Below are positions 17,174 through 27,255 of a stretch of 37,837 nucleotides of DNA, piece by piece. Source of the DNA: a virus (lineage: Duplodnaviria; Caudoviricetes); IMG/VR virus record IMGVR_UViG_3300034103_001120, positions 1-37,837 of that record, one strand, 5' to 3'. The first letter of the stretch is position 1. The number at the start of each line of letters is the position of its first letter. The position numbers and the translations under genes are program-made. Under the pieces are notes generated by a model, which saw only the letters and a program-made list of their open reading frames with translations, was not told the DNA's origin and ran no database searches.

Positions 17174-17772
17174 GTTGGGGATTCGTAGTCGCGGGCGCCG
17201 CAACCGTCATCGGCGGTGTTTTGTCTTCCGAGGCCGGGAAAGATGGCGCGGAAGCCCAAGTAGGCGCATCGCGGGCCGCTACTGCTGAGCAGCGACGGCA
17301 GTACGATCAGACTCGCCAAGACTTGATGCCTTGGCTGAGACAGGGCAATTGGGCGCTGGATCAGCAGCGTAACTTTCTGAACGGCGATTGGTCCGGATTC
17401 CAAAGTTCGCCAGATTATTTGTGGGCGGTGAATCAGGGCTCTAGGGCCTTGGACCGTGGCGCAACCGCTCAGGGCAACTTGTGGGGCGGAGGTGCGGACG
17501 CAGACCGGATCGCGCTCGGGCAGGGCATGGCGACGCAGTACGCCGGGAACTATTACAATCGGCTTGCAGGCCTTAGCGGGACAGGCCAGACGACGGCTAA
17601 CCAGCTGGGCGCGTACGGCCAGCAGTACGGCCAGCAGTACGGCCAGAATCAGATGAATGCGGCGCAGGCGCAGGCGTCGAGTTACGCCAACACCGCTAAC
17701 GCTTGGGGCAACGTCGCACAGCAGGGCGCCGGGTTGTTCGGTCAGTGGCAGGCAAGTAGAGGGCGCGGATAA
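17170..17772 (+). CDS. DNA ejection protein (P22 gp7-like)
   Basis: Gly/Ala/Gln-rich; QYDQTRQDL.PW...G, SPDY; position in the cluster. Confidence 0.82.
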   Translation: MSWGFVVAGAATVIGGVLSSEAGKDGAEAQVGASRAATAEQRRQYDQTRQDLMPWLRQGNWALDQQRNFLNGDWSGFQSSPDYLWAVNQGSRALDRGATAQGNLWGGGADADRIALGQGMATQYAGNYYNRLAGLSGTGQTTANQLGAYGQQYGQQYGQNQMNAAQAQASSYANTANAWGNVAQQGAGLFGQWQASRGRG

Positions 17773-19217
17773 TGGCCGACATTTACGACGTTAACGCGGC
17801 GATTCAAAAGCCGAACATTGTCAATGCGCTTCGCGAAGGGCAGCAGTACGGAATCCGCCTCCGCGAACAGCAGCGGCAGATGTCGGACCAAAACAGGCTC
17901 CGCGAGTTGGCGCCGCAGATCATCTCCGGCGATCAAACAGCCTTCGCCCAAGGCGCGGCGATTAGCCCTGAAGCCGCTGGTCAGTACCAGCAGGCCGGGG
18001 ACAGTCAGCTTCGCCGGCTGAAGGGCGCTGTGGATTACTTCGACAAAGGGCTAGCAACCGGCGATGACAGGATCATTCAGGCCCGCTTCCGTGAGATTTC
18101 CCCATATCTTGCCAAGTTGACAGGCCGTCCGTCTCCGGAAGCCTATACGCCTGACATGTTGCCGGCGTTTGAGCAGGTCAAAACCAAAATCGCGATGGCA
18201 GACCTTGACCCGAACAAGGCCGAGCTTGCCCCGCGTGTGGTTGGTAGCGCGCTGGTCGATTCTACTGGCCGGGTGCTGTATCAGGCGCCTCCGGAACAGG
18301 AATACCAATGGTCTGAACGTGCGGGCGCGTGGATTCCAAAGCCGGGCGCTAACGCTCCGCAACAAGGGCAGCAAAAAACCTTCGAGGACGGGACAGCAGT
18401 TCCGCCGCCGTCCATGGCCGGAAATGACGGCATGCCCGTAACGATTGACCCCGGCATGTCTGCCGAGGATATTAAGGCTGTTCAAGCGATGGAAGGCGGA
18501 GCCATCCCGCGGCAATTCAATGCACAAGAGACACAGATGCAATCCGGACTTGCTGCCATTCCAGTCGCCGGCATTGGCCCGAAGCCTGACATCAGCCCGG
18601 CAGAGGAACGTCGGCTCCAATTGGCGGAAGAAGCCGCTCAGCGCGCGCGCGAGGCCGCAGACCGCCAGAGGTTTGGGAACGCCCCGGCTGGCTTCAGGTT
18701 TAAGGCGGATGGCACGCTAGAGGCTATCCCGGGTGGCCCAAAGCCCGCCGGCTCAGCTGCGACCGAAGGTGAGCGCAAGGCGGCGACGCTACTGCAAAGG
18801 CTGAACTTCTCGCTTGGCCAATTGCAAAGCGCCGTTCAAGAAGACCCCGCCGCCGCGTCGCCTAGTCTTGCTGCCGAAGGTCTCCGCCGCCTGCCGTTGG
18901 TTGGCGAGCCAGTAGCGAACGCTGTAACCTCACAAGAGCGCCAGCGCGTGGAGTCGGCTCAGCTGGATATTCTCGATGCCGCTTTGACATTAGGGACTGG
19001 TGCCGCATACACCCGTGAGCAGCTTGAGGGGTATAGGCGATCATATTTCCCACAGATCGGAGATAGCCCGGCCGCCATTCGGGACAAAGCCGCGCGCCTG
19101 CAAAATGTCATTGAGGCCGCAAAGATTGCCGCCGGACGTGCCGCCCCCCAAGCGGAGCAGACCCCGAGCGGTCCGCGCCGTCTCAAATTTAATCCGGCTA
19201 CCGGGAAGCTTGAATAA
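17772..19217 (+). CDS. DNA ejection protein (gp20 position)
   Basis: Gln/Ala-rich helical protein; P.GFR...DG.LE.IPGGP and TEGERKAA. Confidence 0.72.
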   Translation: MADIYDVNAAIQKPNIVNALREGQQYGIRLREQQRQMSDQNRLRELAPQIISGDQTAFAQGAAISPEAAGQYQQAGDSQLRRLKGAVDYFDKGLATGDDRIIQARFREISPYLAKLTGRPSPEAYTPDMLPAFEQVKTKIAMADLDPNKAELAPRVVGSALVDSTGRVLYQAPPEQEYQWSERAGAWIPKPGANAPQQGQQKTFEDGTAVPPPSMAGNDGMPVTIDPGMSAEDIKAVQAMEGGAIPRQFNAQETQMQSGLAAIPVAGIGPKPDISPAEERRLQLAEEAAQRAREAADRQRFGNAPAGFRFKADGTLEAIPGGPKPAGSAATEGERKAATLLQRLNFSLGQLQSAVQEDPAAASPSLAAEGLRRLPLVGEPVANAVTSQERQRVESAQLDILDAALTLGTGAAYTREQLEGYRRSYFPQIGDSPAAIRDKAARLQNVIEAAKIAAGRAAPQAEQTPSGPRRLKFNPATGKLE

Positions 19218-21307
19218 TGCCAATCGAAGTTGAACTCCCTGACGGTTCCATTGCCGAGTTCCCGGACGGCACAGACAATGCCACGATGGAAAAGGCGCTG
19301 GCTCGATATGCCGCGCCGAAAAAGTCGGGGCCTGACTTTAGTAATGTTTCGGCGCGAGTAACCACCACAGAGCGCCCTACAGGCCGTCCTACGCGCCCCG
19401 GCGGCTTCAACCGGCGTCAGTATGAGCTAGAGGCAGAAGCCGCGAGGATGGCCGCGGAGGACCCGTTAGAGGGTGTCGGCGCATTTAATCGGCTTATGGG
19501 GTCCGTCGGGAAAACATTTGCGGATACTGGCAGAGGCATCAAGCAGGCAGCGACGGATTCAATGTTCCGAGGCGCGGCGGCTGCGGACCTTGCATTAGGC
19601 GCGGTTGGGCTAGACGGCGCTCAGCAAGCAGTGCGCGAGGGTGTTGCACTGCCTCTGTACCAGTCAAGCCAAAGGCAGCGGCAAGAAGCGGGGGAGCGCC
19701 GCAGGCTTGAGGCCCCGATTAGCTACGGGAGCCCGTCCGCAGTTGTCGGCAACATTGCAGGCAATGCGCTGTTGACGCTGGGCCCCGGGCAACTCGCGAA
19801 AGGCACGGCGTTCGCCGCTGCCGCTAACCCGGCAACCGTTCGTGGAAATGCACTCGCAGGCGCTCTATATGGCGCTGCTCAGCCCTATGAAAGTGGTGGA
19901 GAGCAAGTCTTAAATGCGCTGGCGGGCGGGACTGGTGGCGCTGTCGGCGCTGGAGCTGCAAAAGGTGCCGGCGCAGCTGCTCGGTCTTATGCTCGCGCAA
20001 AGGTTCCAAAGCTGGACCGCAAAGCCGCTCAGGAGATTTTAGATGCGGCTAAAGGACGGGAGTTGACGTTTGTCGAATCGCAGACCCCGGGAGTTATCCG
20101 ATCCTTCGGCGAAGGAACTGCGGACCCGGGCGTCATGGCGCTAGAACGAAATGCGCGCCGACTTTCTCCAGATCAGTTCGTTCCTAACGACACCGCGAAC
20201 AATATGGCGCGCGTCCAGTCTTTGCAAAGCATTGCAGGAGACGATGCCGCCATGGATGCGGCACTCGCCCGCAGGAGCGCCGCAACAACACAGGCGCGGG
20301 ACCGCGCATATGCCGAGGGTCGCATTAACGATGAGCGCATCGCACTAGAAAAGGCCGCTCAAAAAGAAGCAGCAGATAAAGCCCAATTAGAGGCCGACCG
20401 GGCTCGGCTGTTTGGGCTGCCTGTGGACCCTAATGGCATTCCTCCGCCGATCAAGACAGAAAAAGACGCGCTCAGGGCCGAACTTGTCGCCATGGCCGAA
20501 GAGCAGGGCGGCCGGGGTGCCGTAAAAGACACCCTGACGTATTTGATCAAGCAGGTTGACGATGCGCCCGATACGATCAAGGGGCTAGACAATGTCCGCC
20601 AAACGATTAGCGACCTTTTGACCGGGAAAGCCGGATCGGATCGAAGCGCAGCCAAGGCGGCAACGCGGGAGTTGATGCAGGCAAAAGAGCTAACCCAAGA
20701 AGCACTAGCGCAGCGAGCGCCGTCGTTCCCTGCATACCTATCGGAGTTCCAGTCTCAGAGCGGCGACATTAATCGAATGCAAGTCGGCCGCCGGCTGATG
20801 AAGCTTGCCACGGGCAAGATTCCTGACGAACTTGGAACGCCACAGGTCCAGCCTTTTCGGTTCTCATCGGCCAATTCAAACCTAGACGAAGTCGCGCGAA
20901 AGGCGACCGGGTTTGAAAAGGCTGAGGCTAACAAAATACTTCGCCCGGAAGATTTGGCGGCTTTGCGTGCGATTCAAGAAGACATGAGTCGAATTTCTAG
21001 GCGCGCATCGAATCCTGCTCAGTCGGGCTCAGCGACGATGGAAGCGACTGATATGGCAAAGCGTGCGGCTTCAAGAGTAGCCGGGCGTTTTGGAGTAGCC
21101 GGAGATTTCGTCAATTTTGTGGAAGCGAGAGCGGCTGAACAGGTGCGAGAGCGATTGGGATACTTACTCGCCAATGGCAAGGTGGCAAGACAAGTTCTAG
21201 ACAAGCTCAGTGAGGCGGATCGAAAGCTAGTCCGCAGCGCGCTTGTGCAGTTGTCGGCGAAGGTTGGGATGTTCTCACCACAACTTGACAATGACACCGC
21301 GAACTGA
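19217..21307 (+). CDS. DNA ejection protein (gp16 position)
   Basis: N-terminal VELPDG...EFPDGT, Gly/Ala-rich hydrophobic middle, large helical protein. Confidence 0.72.
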   Translation: MPIEVELPDGSIAEFPDGTDNATMEKALARYAAPKKSGPDFSNVSARVTTTERPTGRPTRPGGFNRRQYELEAEAARMAAEDPLEGVGAFNRLMGSVGKTFADTGRGIKQAATDSMFRGAAAADLALGAVGLDGAQQAVREGVALPLYQSSQRQRQEAGERRRLEAPISYGSPSAVVGNIAGNALLTLGPGQLAKGTAFAAAANPATVRGNALAGALYGAAQPYESGGEQVLNALAGGTGGAVGAGAAKGAGAAARSYARAKVPKLDRKAAQEILDAAKGRELTFVESQTPGVIRSFGEGTADPGVMALERNARRLSPDQFVPNDTANNMARVQSLQSIAGDDAAMDAALARRSAATTQARDRAYAEGRINDERIALEKAAQKEAADKAQLEADRARLFGLPVDPNGIPPPIKTEKDALRAELVAMAEEQGGRGAVKDTLTYLIKQVDDAPDTIKGLDNVRQTISDLLTGKAGSDRSAAKAATRELMQAKELTQEALAQRAPSFPAYLSEFQSQSGDINRMQVGRRLMKLATGKIPDELGTPQVQPFRFSSANSNLDEVARKATGFEKAEANKILRPEDLAALRAIQEDMSRISRRASNPAQSGSATMEATDMAKRAASRVAGRFGVAGDFVNFVEARAAEQVRERLGYLLANGKVARQVLDKLSEADRKLVRSALVQLSAKVGMFSPQLDNDTAN

Positions 21308-21334
21308 GTTCGCCAAACAACACTAGGAAAAACC

Positions 21335-22144
21335 ATGGCATCTTTCCGCATCTTGAATCAAGCCCCTCAGTATTTTTTGGCAGACGGCCGGGTTAATGCT
21401 GGCGGGTCGCTCACGTTTTACGAAACCGACCTAACCACGCTAAAAGACACATGGTCCGATGAGGAAATGACGACGCTAAACGAAAACCCTGTCGAATTCG
21501 ATGCGGCGGGAAGAACGCTCACGGACGTATGGGGGGAGGGCGAATACGGCATTGAAATGCGTGATGCATTGGGCACGGTTATTTGGACACGGAACAACGT
21601 GCAAGCCGGAGGGGACGCAAGCCAGACGATTCCAGCATTGCAGGCCGGGCAGTTTTTGGCCAGCGATGGGACTACGATGTTTTGGAGTGAAATCCTTCAA
21701 GTCCCCGACCCCACCGACCTTGCGAATTACCAACTCGAAAGCGATGGGACTGGAATTCCGGTGTGGGTACAGAAGCCCGAGCCGCCCGAGCCGCCGGAAT
21801 CAGACATTGATGCCGAAACGACGTTTATTCGTCTGAACACCTACCTCCGGCAGTGGGGCACCGGGACCGCTCCGGCTGCGCCAAGCGCCAAAACATCTAG
21901 CGTCAATATCACTTTTGCAAAGGCGTTCAGTGGCACGCCTTATCATGCGAGCGTAACCATTACGGAATCCGGCGGCTCTACTCCTTCCGGTGCAATCTGC
22001 ACCCTTGCGGTTACGGGTCTTACGTCCACGGGGATGACAGTCACCGTCAACATGCCGGACGACGATTCAAATAGCTCGTGGAAGCTGGCGAATGCCACGC
22101 CGTTTAGCTATTCCGTCGAAGGCCCGACTGTCCTGCCCTCATGA
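21335..22144 (+). CDS. Tail appendage protein with virion-binding N-terminal domain and lectin-like C-terminus
   Basis: GG.L.FYE...TT.K.TW.D......NPV..DAAGR N-terminal domain; QWGTG...ITF..AFS..P C-terminal domain. Confidence 0.75.
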   Translation: MASFRILNQAPQYFLADGRVNAGGSLTFYETDLTTLKDTWSDEEMTTLNENPVEFDAAGRTLTDVWGEGEYGIEMRDALGTVIWTRNNVQAGGDASQTIPALQAGQFLASDGTTMFWSEILQVPDPTDLANYQLESDGTGIPVWVQKPEPPEPPESDIDAETTFIRLNTYLRQWGTGTAPAAPSAKTSSVNITFAKAFSGTPYHASVTITESGGSTPSGAICTLAVTGLTSTGMTVTVNMPDDDSNSSWKLANATPFSYSVEGPTVLPS

Positions 22145-22785
22145 CCGATCTATCGCTTTTGCTGCCTCGGGCGAATGCGCCGATTGCAGGAAACCTGCCG
22201 GCGTCTAGGGAGTTCTATGACTTTTTGCGGGAGCTATTGGCGTTAGCGGGGCAGCAAACTACGGATGGAGAGTCGATCGAAGAGTTAGCGGCCCGCGTTC
22301 TCGCTTTGGAAAACGCAGAAAACGAAAGCCCGGCAGAGATTATTGGTCTTGGATCAGTTCTTGTCACCGGCAGTCTTGCGGCCGGCCGAGTGACTATCGA
22401 GCTAACAAGCGATCCATTCGCGCCATGTTCCGCATCGGCCACATTCAAAGGGGGTGACGCGGATATTGAGGTCGGGACATTCTGCGATCTTTCGGTCCCC
22501 AATGCTTTTGTAATTAATGGCGTGACGCTTGTCGGCGAGCCGTCCGGATCGATAGAAATTGATATTCGTGGCGTCAATATCTCATCGTTCCCGCCCGGGC
22601 CATCGGATACAATTTGCGGTGGAACCCCGCCCGCTTTGGTTGCCGCATCTACGTATCAGGACACAACTCTAACCGGGTGGACTCTGACTGTCCCGGCAAA
22701 CCATGTGCTTAGGTTTGTCGTTAACTCATGCTCAGGCGTTAGTAGCGCCAATCTTGTCATTTCAGGAAATCGCACAAATGCCTAG
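22141..22785 (+). CDS. Tail needle/fibre-like protein
   Basis: PR...PI.....SREFY.FL N-terminus, short coiled coil, beta-rich C-terminus. Confidence 0.6.
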   Translation: MTDLSLLLPRANAPIAGNLPASREFYDFLRELLALAGQQTTDGESIEELAARVLALENAENESPAEIIGLGSVLVTGSLAAGRVTIELTSDPFAPCSASATFKGGDADIEVGTFCDLSVPNAFVINGVTLVGEPSGSIEIDIRGVNISSFPPGPSDTICGGTPPALVAASTYQDTTLTGWTLTVPANHVLRFVVNSCSGVSSANLVISGNRTNA

Positions 22786-23677
22786 AGTTAGTTGGTCAAC
22801 TCCCATCGAAAGCAGCAACGACGCAACGTTTAGGGCGTGGGGGTCCGATATCGCTGCGAGGCTGGCCACTGCCGGGCTGATACAAACCGCCGACACTGGC
22901 CAAATCAATTGGGTAACTGTCCTAAGGCCAGCGATCAATGCTTATGGTGGTTATGAGATTTGGCGATTCGATGACACGCTACAGGCGACTTCTCCGGTCT
23001 TCATCAAAATCGAATATGGCACTTCAAACAACGCCGCAACCCCTGCCATTCGTGTGACCATTTCCAGCGGCACTAATGGCGCGGGGACGCCGACCGGACT
23101 TGTATCTACGGCAACGGTGAATTATGCCTCTGGCGCGCTTGTGGCAAACGCCAACATCACCAACTTCCCGAGTCACGCTGTCCATACAGAGGGGTTCTTC
23201 GCGTTGGTCTTCAAGATGGGCGCGGGGGCCTCATCGCTTACGTTGTTCGCGTTTTCGGTGTCCCGGAGTGTTGACAACACGGGCGCCGCGACAGCAGACG
23301 CCGTCGTGATGCTCGGCTGCGGGAATAGCAATTCAGCGACAGCCGATCCCCCCGTTTCAATTCTCAACTATTCGACCAGTACGGTAAACAATGTATCCAC
23401 TGGCGCCGATCTAGGTTTTATGCCTTCAAGGATGACGAGCAGCGTCACTGGCGCAGATCAGCAGCTTTTCATCCATTGGATTGCGCTCCCCAAAATGACG
23501 CCGTTGATTGGTACCGGGTCTTACATCCTTTCGGAACTAGGGCTTAATTCAGAGTCCGGGACGGCGCTTGTGGGCACTACTCCTAGGAATTATTTGGCAG
23601 TCGGCAACTCTTTCCGTAAGTCTGCTTATAACGGCTCAGGCGCCGTGATTGGGACCGCGATTCTTTGGGAGGATTGA
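22778..23677 (+). CDS. Putative tail / receptor-binding structural protein
   Basis: Ser/Thr/Gly-rich beta protein at the end of the late operon. Confidence 0.6.
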   Translation: MPRVSWSTPIESSNDATFRAWGSDIAARLATAGLIQTADTGQINWVTVLRPAINAYGGYEIWRFDDTLQATSPVFIKIEYGTSNNAATPAIRVTISSGTNGAGTPTGLVSTATVNYASGALVANANITNFPSHAVHTEGFFALVFKMGAGASSLTLFAFSVSRSVDNTGAATADAVVMLGCGNSNSATADPPVSILNYSTSTVNNVSTGADLGFMPSRMTSSVTGADQQLFIHWIALPKMTPLIGTGSYILSELGLNSESGTALVGTTPRNYLAVGNSFRKSAYNGSGAVIGTAILWED

Positions 23678-23820
23678 TGGCCGTTATCGCTGCAAACTCG
23701 GAACAGAAAAACTCGGTGCAGGTTGGCGGGGTTTCAACCCCCGCACCATCTGCCAGCGTCTTGGCGCCGTCTACTCCGGCCGGATCGCAGAGTTACGCCT
23801 TCGCGGCTTTTTCAGCGTGA
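23677..23820 (+). CDS. 47-aa Ser/Ala/Pro-rich peptide
   Basis: GGAGG SD; TGATG overlap with the upstream stop; manual translation MAVIAANSEQK...FAAFSA*. Confidence 0.5.
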   Translation: MAVIAANSEQKNSVQVGGVSTPAPSASVLAPSTPAGSQSYAFAAFSA

Positions 23821-23824
23821 TCTA

Positions 23825-24043
23825 TTAGGCGTTTTGATACCGAAGCTCTAACAACAGTTTCAACTCATGAATCGCCTTCTCGATATCCTGCCGCCCTTTC
23901 CCTCCGGGGCGGTTGTGTCGTGTGACGCGTTTTACCACACAACCCTCTAGGAATCTGAGGTCATTGGCCTCGATGTACTCCACGGGCTGGATTGCTCCAG
24001 CCCTGTAGTGGTCTCCGCCTATCTGTTCGTCGGTGGCTTTCAT
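23825..24043 (-). CDS. DUF3310 family protein
   Basis: QIGGDHY....IQP.EYI..N.L.F.EG.VVK...R...K...QDIEKA.H. Confidence 0.88.
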   Translation of the reverse strand: MKATDEQIGGDHYRAGAIQPVEYIEANDLRFLEGCVVKRVTRHNRPGGKGRQDIEKAIHELKLLLELRYQNA

Positions 24044-24204
24044 GACTTCACGTGCTCTTGTGATTCAATGTATTCGACGGCCACATCTATAGCCTCGCCG
24101 ATCAACTTAGGGTGTAGCATCTGCGGCGAATTTTCCGGCTCTCCATCAAACCGGCGCCATTCGTTGTGCTTGCGCAGGATTTCGGCGGCTTGTTTCGGCG
24201 TCAT
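24040..24204 (-). CDS. Hypothetical protein (HNEWRR motif)
   Basis: ATGA-coupled chain; MTPKQAAEILRKHNEWRR. Confidence 0.7.
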   Translation of the reverse strand: MTPKQAAEILRKHNEWRRFDGEPENSPQMLHPKLIGEAIDVAVEYIESQEHVKS

Positions 24205-24305
24205 CCCACACGCTCCAATGTCAGCCCGAAAACGACAACATGCGCGATTATATAAGCGACAACCACGATGGCGATGCCGGCGGCGATGAGTTTCAGGGTT
24301 TTCAT
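24201..24305 (-). CDS. 34-aa single-TM peptide MKTLKLIAAGIAIVVVAYIIAHVVVFGLTLERVG
   Basis: Manual translation; ATGA overlaps on both sides. Confidence 0.6.
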   Translation of the reverse strand: MKTLKLIAAGIAIVVVAYIIAHVVVFGLTLERVG

Positions 24306-25816
24306 GCGGGGTTCTCCGGTTGGTTGACGGCGGTGTTTCCGGCCTTTTTGCGAATGCTGAATTCCAGAGTTGACAGGTCATACCCACGGTCCTCCAGCTC
24401 TTTCAGCAGGCTTTTATCGAATGGCCGCCCCGGAACCCCCGGCGGCCGATCACTACACAAAATCCAGTGCAACAGGCGCCCGTCTCTTTTGCTGCACCCT
24501 TCACCCCAAGCCGTACACACATCAGGCGTTCTTTCACCGGGAAGGCGGCCGTAGAACATCCGAAGTTGTCCGGGCGCGGCTCCGGCGTATAGCGGTTCGT
24601 GATCAGGCGTCACGTCATCGCGGTTAGTCGTGAATGCCCATGCATACCCGCCGTTGAGGTGTGGCACGTAACTCTTCGATCGCCACGCCACCGCCTCCCC
24701 GCTGCCGGCGGGCGCGGCCAGTTGCCAGATGCGTTCAAGCGGCCATTCGACACCGGGGCATGAGTCATCGGAGGGCTTGCACATCGTCTCCGCTTCGAGT
24801 GCATTGCGTGCGCCGCACCGATCACACTTCGGGTCTTTCAACAGGCCGCAGATGTATTCGGATTCGCCCCGACCAGTTGCAAGCCCGCTCAGAAAACTCG
24901 GGCTTTCCGGGTCCACCGCCCCGCCCTCGGCGGGCTTGGGCTGCGCCTGGGCTGCACAATCCGGGCACGGGTCCATCGTCCCAATCGACCGTCCGTCGTC
25001 GTCAATATCAGCATCGACCACGTAGCCGCGCCCTCGACAGCGGGAGCATGCCGCGGATTCCTGTTCGGCGGAGAGGATGGCCGACAACAGTGCGTCATCC
25101 GCCCCCGCTTTGGCCTCGGGCTGCGCGATGGTGAATTTCGAGTAATCGATCACGAACGTCGGATCGGCCTCGGGCTGCGGGGCTGCACAATCGTAGTAAC
25201 TGGGATACGGGGCCTCACACACGACCTCGCCGGTGTTGGGCGCAGTCGTAAACGTCTTGTTGACAGCTGCGGGCTGCGGCGCGGCGGCGAGCATGGCAGC
25301 CCATGCTTCTTCGAGTACAGCCTCCGCGGAGGCCTCTTCATCGAGGGCGTAGAGTGCGGCAGCAACCATCTCAGGTGTTGGCCTCTTCGGAACATGCACA
25401 ACCCCCTCCGGCACCTTCGCAACCGCCGCACGCGCAATGCGCAAGTCGCGTTCCGCGGATTCAGCCATCGCGAGCAGGCGAATCGCGTCTTTGTGATGAT
25501 CGCGAGCCATTTCCGCTTCGCACTCACGGGCGGCCGCAGCTGCGCGGGCGTCGCCGTAGGTGCGGAGTTGGTCGGCGGTGTATCCGCAAACGGTGCGGCC
25601 GTTATCGGGGTATTCTGTCGCCGGCTGCCACGCGCGTATTGCGGGCTCCGGCATCGGCACCTCGCCAGCCGGCGCAGGCTGGGCGGCGAGGGCGCGTTCA
25701 GCCGTTGCGAGTTTCGCAGTCATTTCGACGATCCGAGCGTTTTTCTCCGATTGCGTCATCTCCGGATCGGCCATGAATTTAGGCGGAATATTCTTGTGGT
25801 CAAGGTCACTTGCCAT
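24302..25816 (-). CDS. Large mosaic early protein (Ea22/Ead-like modular) with Zn-finger-like motifs
   Basis: Modules joined by AAPQP linkers; YTADQLRTYG, PTPEMV.A, CxxC pairs. Confidence 0.72.
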   Translation of the reverse strand: MASDLDHKNIPPKFMADPEMTQSEKNARIVEMTAKLATAERALAAQPAPAGEVPMPEPAIRAWQPATEYPDNGRTVCGYTADQLRTYGDARAAAAARECEAEMARDHHKDAIRLLAMAESAERDLRIARAAVAKVPEGVVHVPKRPTPEMVAAALYALDEEASAEAVLEEAWAAMLAAAPQPAAVNKTFTTAPNTGEVVCEAPYPSYYDCAAPQPEADPTFVIDYSKFTIAQPEAKAGADDALLSAILSAEQESAACSRCRGRGYVVDADIDDDGRSIGTMDPCPDCAAQAQPKPAEGGAVDPESPSFLSGLATGRGESEYICGLLKDPKCDRCGARNALEAETMCKPSDDSCPGVEWPLERIWQLAAPAGSGEAVAWRSKSYVPHLNGGYAWAFTTNRDDVTPDHEPLYAGAAPGQLRMFYGRLPGERTPDVCTAWGEGCSKRDGRLLHWILCSDRPPGVPGRPFDKSLLKELEDRGYDLSTLEFSIRKKAGNTAVNQPENPA

Positions 25817-26744
25817 TGTCGGCCTCCGGGCTCGTGGTCAGTGCGGCGCGCGCCGCGTCGATCTTGCGGATTGCGCTGTTGGCCATCGACGCAAGTCCGG
25901 GGCTATCGATCCCGTTTTGCACGTCGGTCAGCACGCCATAGAGGTCGGCGCTATTGATCGCACGGCGAACCGCGTCCGGAATCTTCGCCTCATCCACCTG
26001 CGGGCGCAGGCGGCGGGCGATAGCTATCAACGTCAGCATTGCGTCGCCGTCTTCAGGGTAGCCGGCATCTGCAAGGTATTCCGATAGCTTCGCGATATCG
26101 TGGTCGACGCCATCATCCGCATCGCGCCCGAGGCTTTCGACGGGGATGGAGCGAACCCCGCAATGCACAGGACAGTCTCGCCACGTCTCAAAACTTCCGT
26201 GCGCACAGAGGTGATTGTTTTGCCGTGCTATTCCCGCCTCGCCCTGCCGCTCCGGCCGCTCCAAGCGGTAGGCGATGATGTCGCCATCCGTCCCATCATG
26301 ATTCCATCGCAAGTCTGAGCCAACCTCAAAAGCCAACTGCCCGCAGCGCATCATGTATTCGACGAGTTTGCTTGCTGCATCCTCCGGACACTCGCCCCCG
26401 GGCCAAGGCGTGAAGCCCTCGGGGACCGGCGGGGCGTCTTCATCATCGTCGCCGATGAAAAGATCGGAAACCGATGTCGCGTCCGGATTGATCTTGCCTT
26501 CGCCAAGCGCGCGGCGCGTCAATACTTCGGCTTCACGATCCGCGGCATCGTCCTCGAATTCTTGCGGGGCGTCTTCGATCAGGGCGCGGTAGCTGCAGCC
26601 CATGCGCAACATTTCCGCAGGCTCAAATCGGCCTTTCTGCGTCGGGACAATCCATCCGTCCGGCTCGCAGGTAAATTCAACGTGTCGCCCCGCCTCGAAC
26701 GCAGCCATCACCGCCTCGGGGGTCTTCAGTTCTTCCCATCTCAT
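25806..26744 (-). CDS. Mosaic hypothetical early protein
   Basis: W.GGECP...W.H....GDIIAYR module common in phages. Confidence 0.72.
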   Translation of the reverse strand: MRWEELKTPEAVMAAFEAGRHVEFTCEPDGWIVPTQKGRFEPAEMLRMGCSYRALIEDAPQEFEDDAADREAEVLTRRALGEGKINPDATSVSDLFIGDDDEDAPPVPEGFTPWPGGECPEDAASKLVEYMMRCGQLAFEVGSDLRWNHDGTDGDIIAYRLERPERQGEAGIARQNNHLCAHGSFETWRDCPVHCGVRSIPVESLGRDADDGVDHDIAKLSEYLADAGYPEDGDAMLTLIAIARRLRPQVDEAKIPDAVRRAINSADLYGVLTDVQNGIDSPGLASMANSAIRKIDAARAALTTSPEADNGK

Positions 26745-26953
26745 CGCTTACTCTCCACCGCGTAGATTGTTCGGGTCTTGTGGCCTCGGGCTGCCCACAA
26801 AGTCGGCTGGTCTGTTTTCTGCCAACTGCCGTCAGTCCATTGGACCTCTACGGCGAGCGGGTAGGCGTGCGCCCATTGCTTCAGTAGTTCAGCCGCGTCG
26901 GTGTCGGAATCTCCGTTCACCACGTCGCGGGTCTCGCCGATTAGGTCGGTCAT
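26741..26953 (-). CDS. Hypothetical protein
   Basis: ATGA-coupled start at 26953 (MTDLIGE...). Confidence 0.6.
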   Translation of the reverse strand: MTDLIGETRDVVNGDSDTDAAELLKQWAHAYPLAVEVQWTDGSWQKTDQPTLWAARGHKTRTIYAVESKR

Positions 26954-27255
26954 GGTTTTTTTCCTACTGCGGGCGTGAGGGCGAGGGCGATAGCCTGCTG
27001 TTCGATATCTCGGGCGACCTGCCGCGTGTGAGGGTTGCTGATCTTGCGGCCGTCTTGGAAGTCTTTGAGGATCAATCTGTAGGCATCCCGCTCCGCCTCC
27101 AACTCCGCATTGCGCGCGATCAGGGCTTCGGCGGACTTGTGGGCGCGCATGTATTTTTCCCATGCAGCATAATCCAGCTTTGCCGCTATGTCGCCAATTG
27201 GAACAAGCAAAACCATCAGATCGCTCGCCTCGCCGCTGGGCTTGTCGTTGGTCAT
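26950..27255 (-). CDS. Hypothetical protein
   Basis: Coupled ORF with a coiled coil. Confidence 0.65.
   Translation of the reverse strand: MTNDKPSGEASDLMVLLVPIGDIAAKLDYAAWEKYMRAHKSAEALIARNAELEAERDAYRLILKDFQDGRKISNPHTRQVARDIEQQAIALALTPAVGKKP

Noticed and set aside
17613-17646. 12-bp tandem repeat encoding QQYG
   Set aside because: Ordinary low-complexity stretch in a Gln/Gly-rich ejection protein
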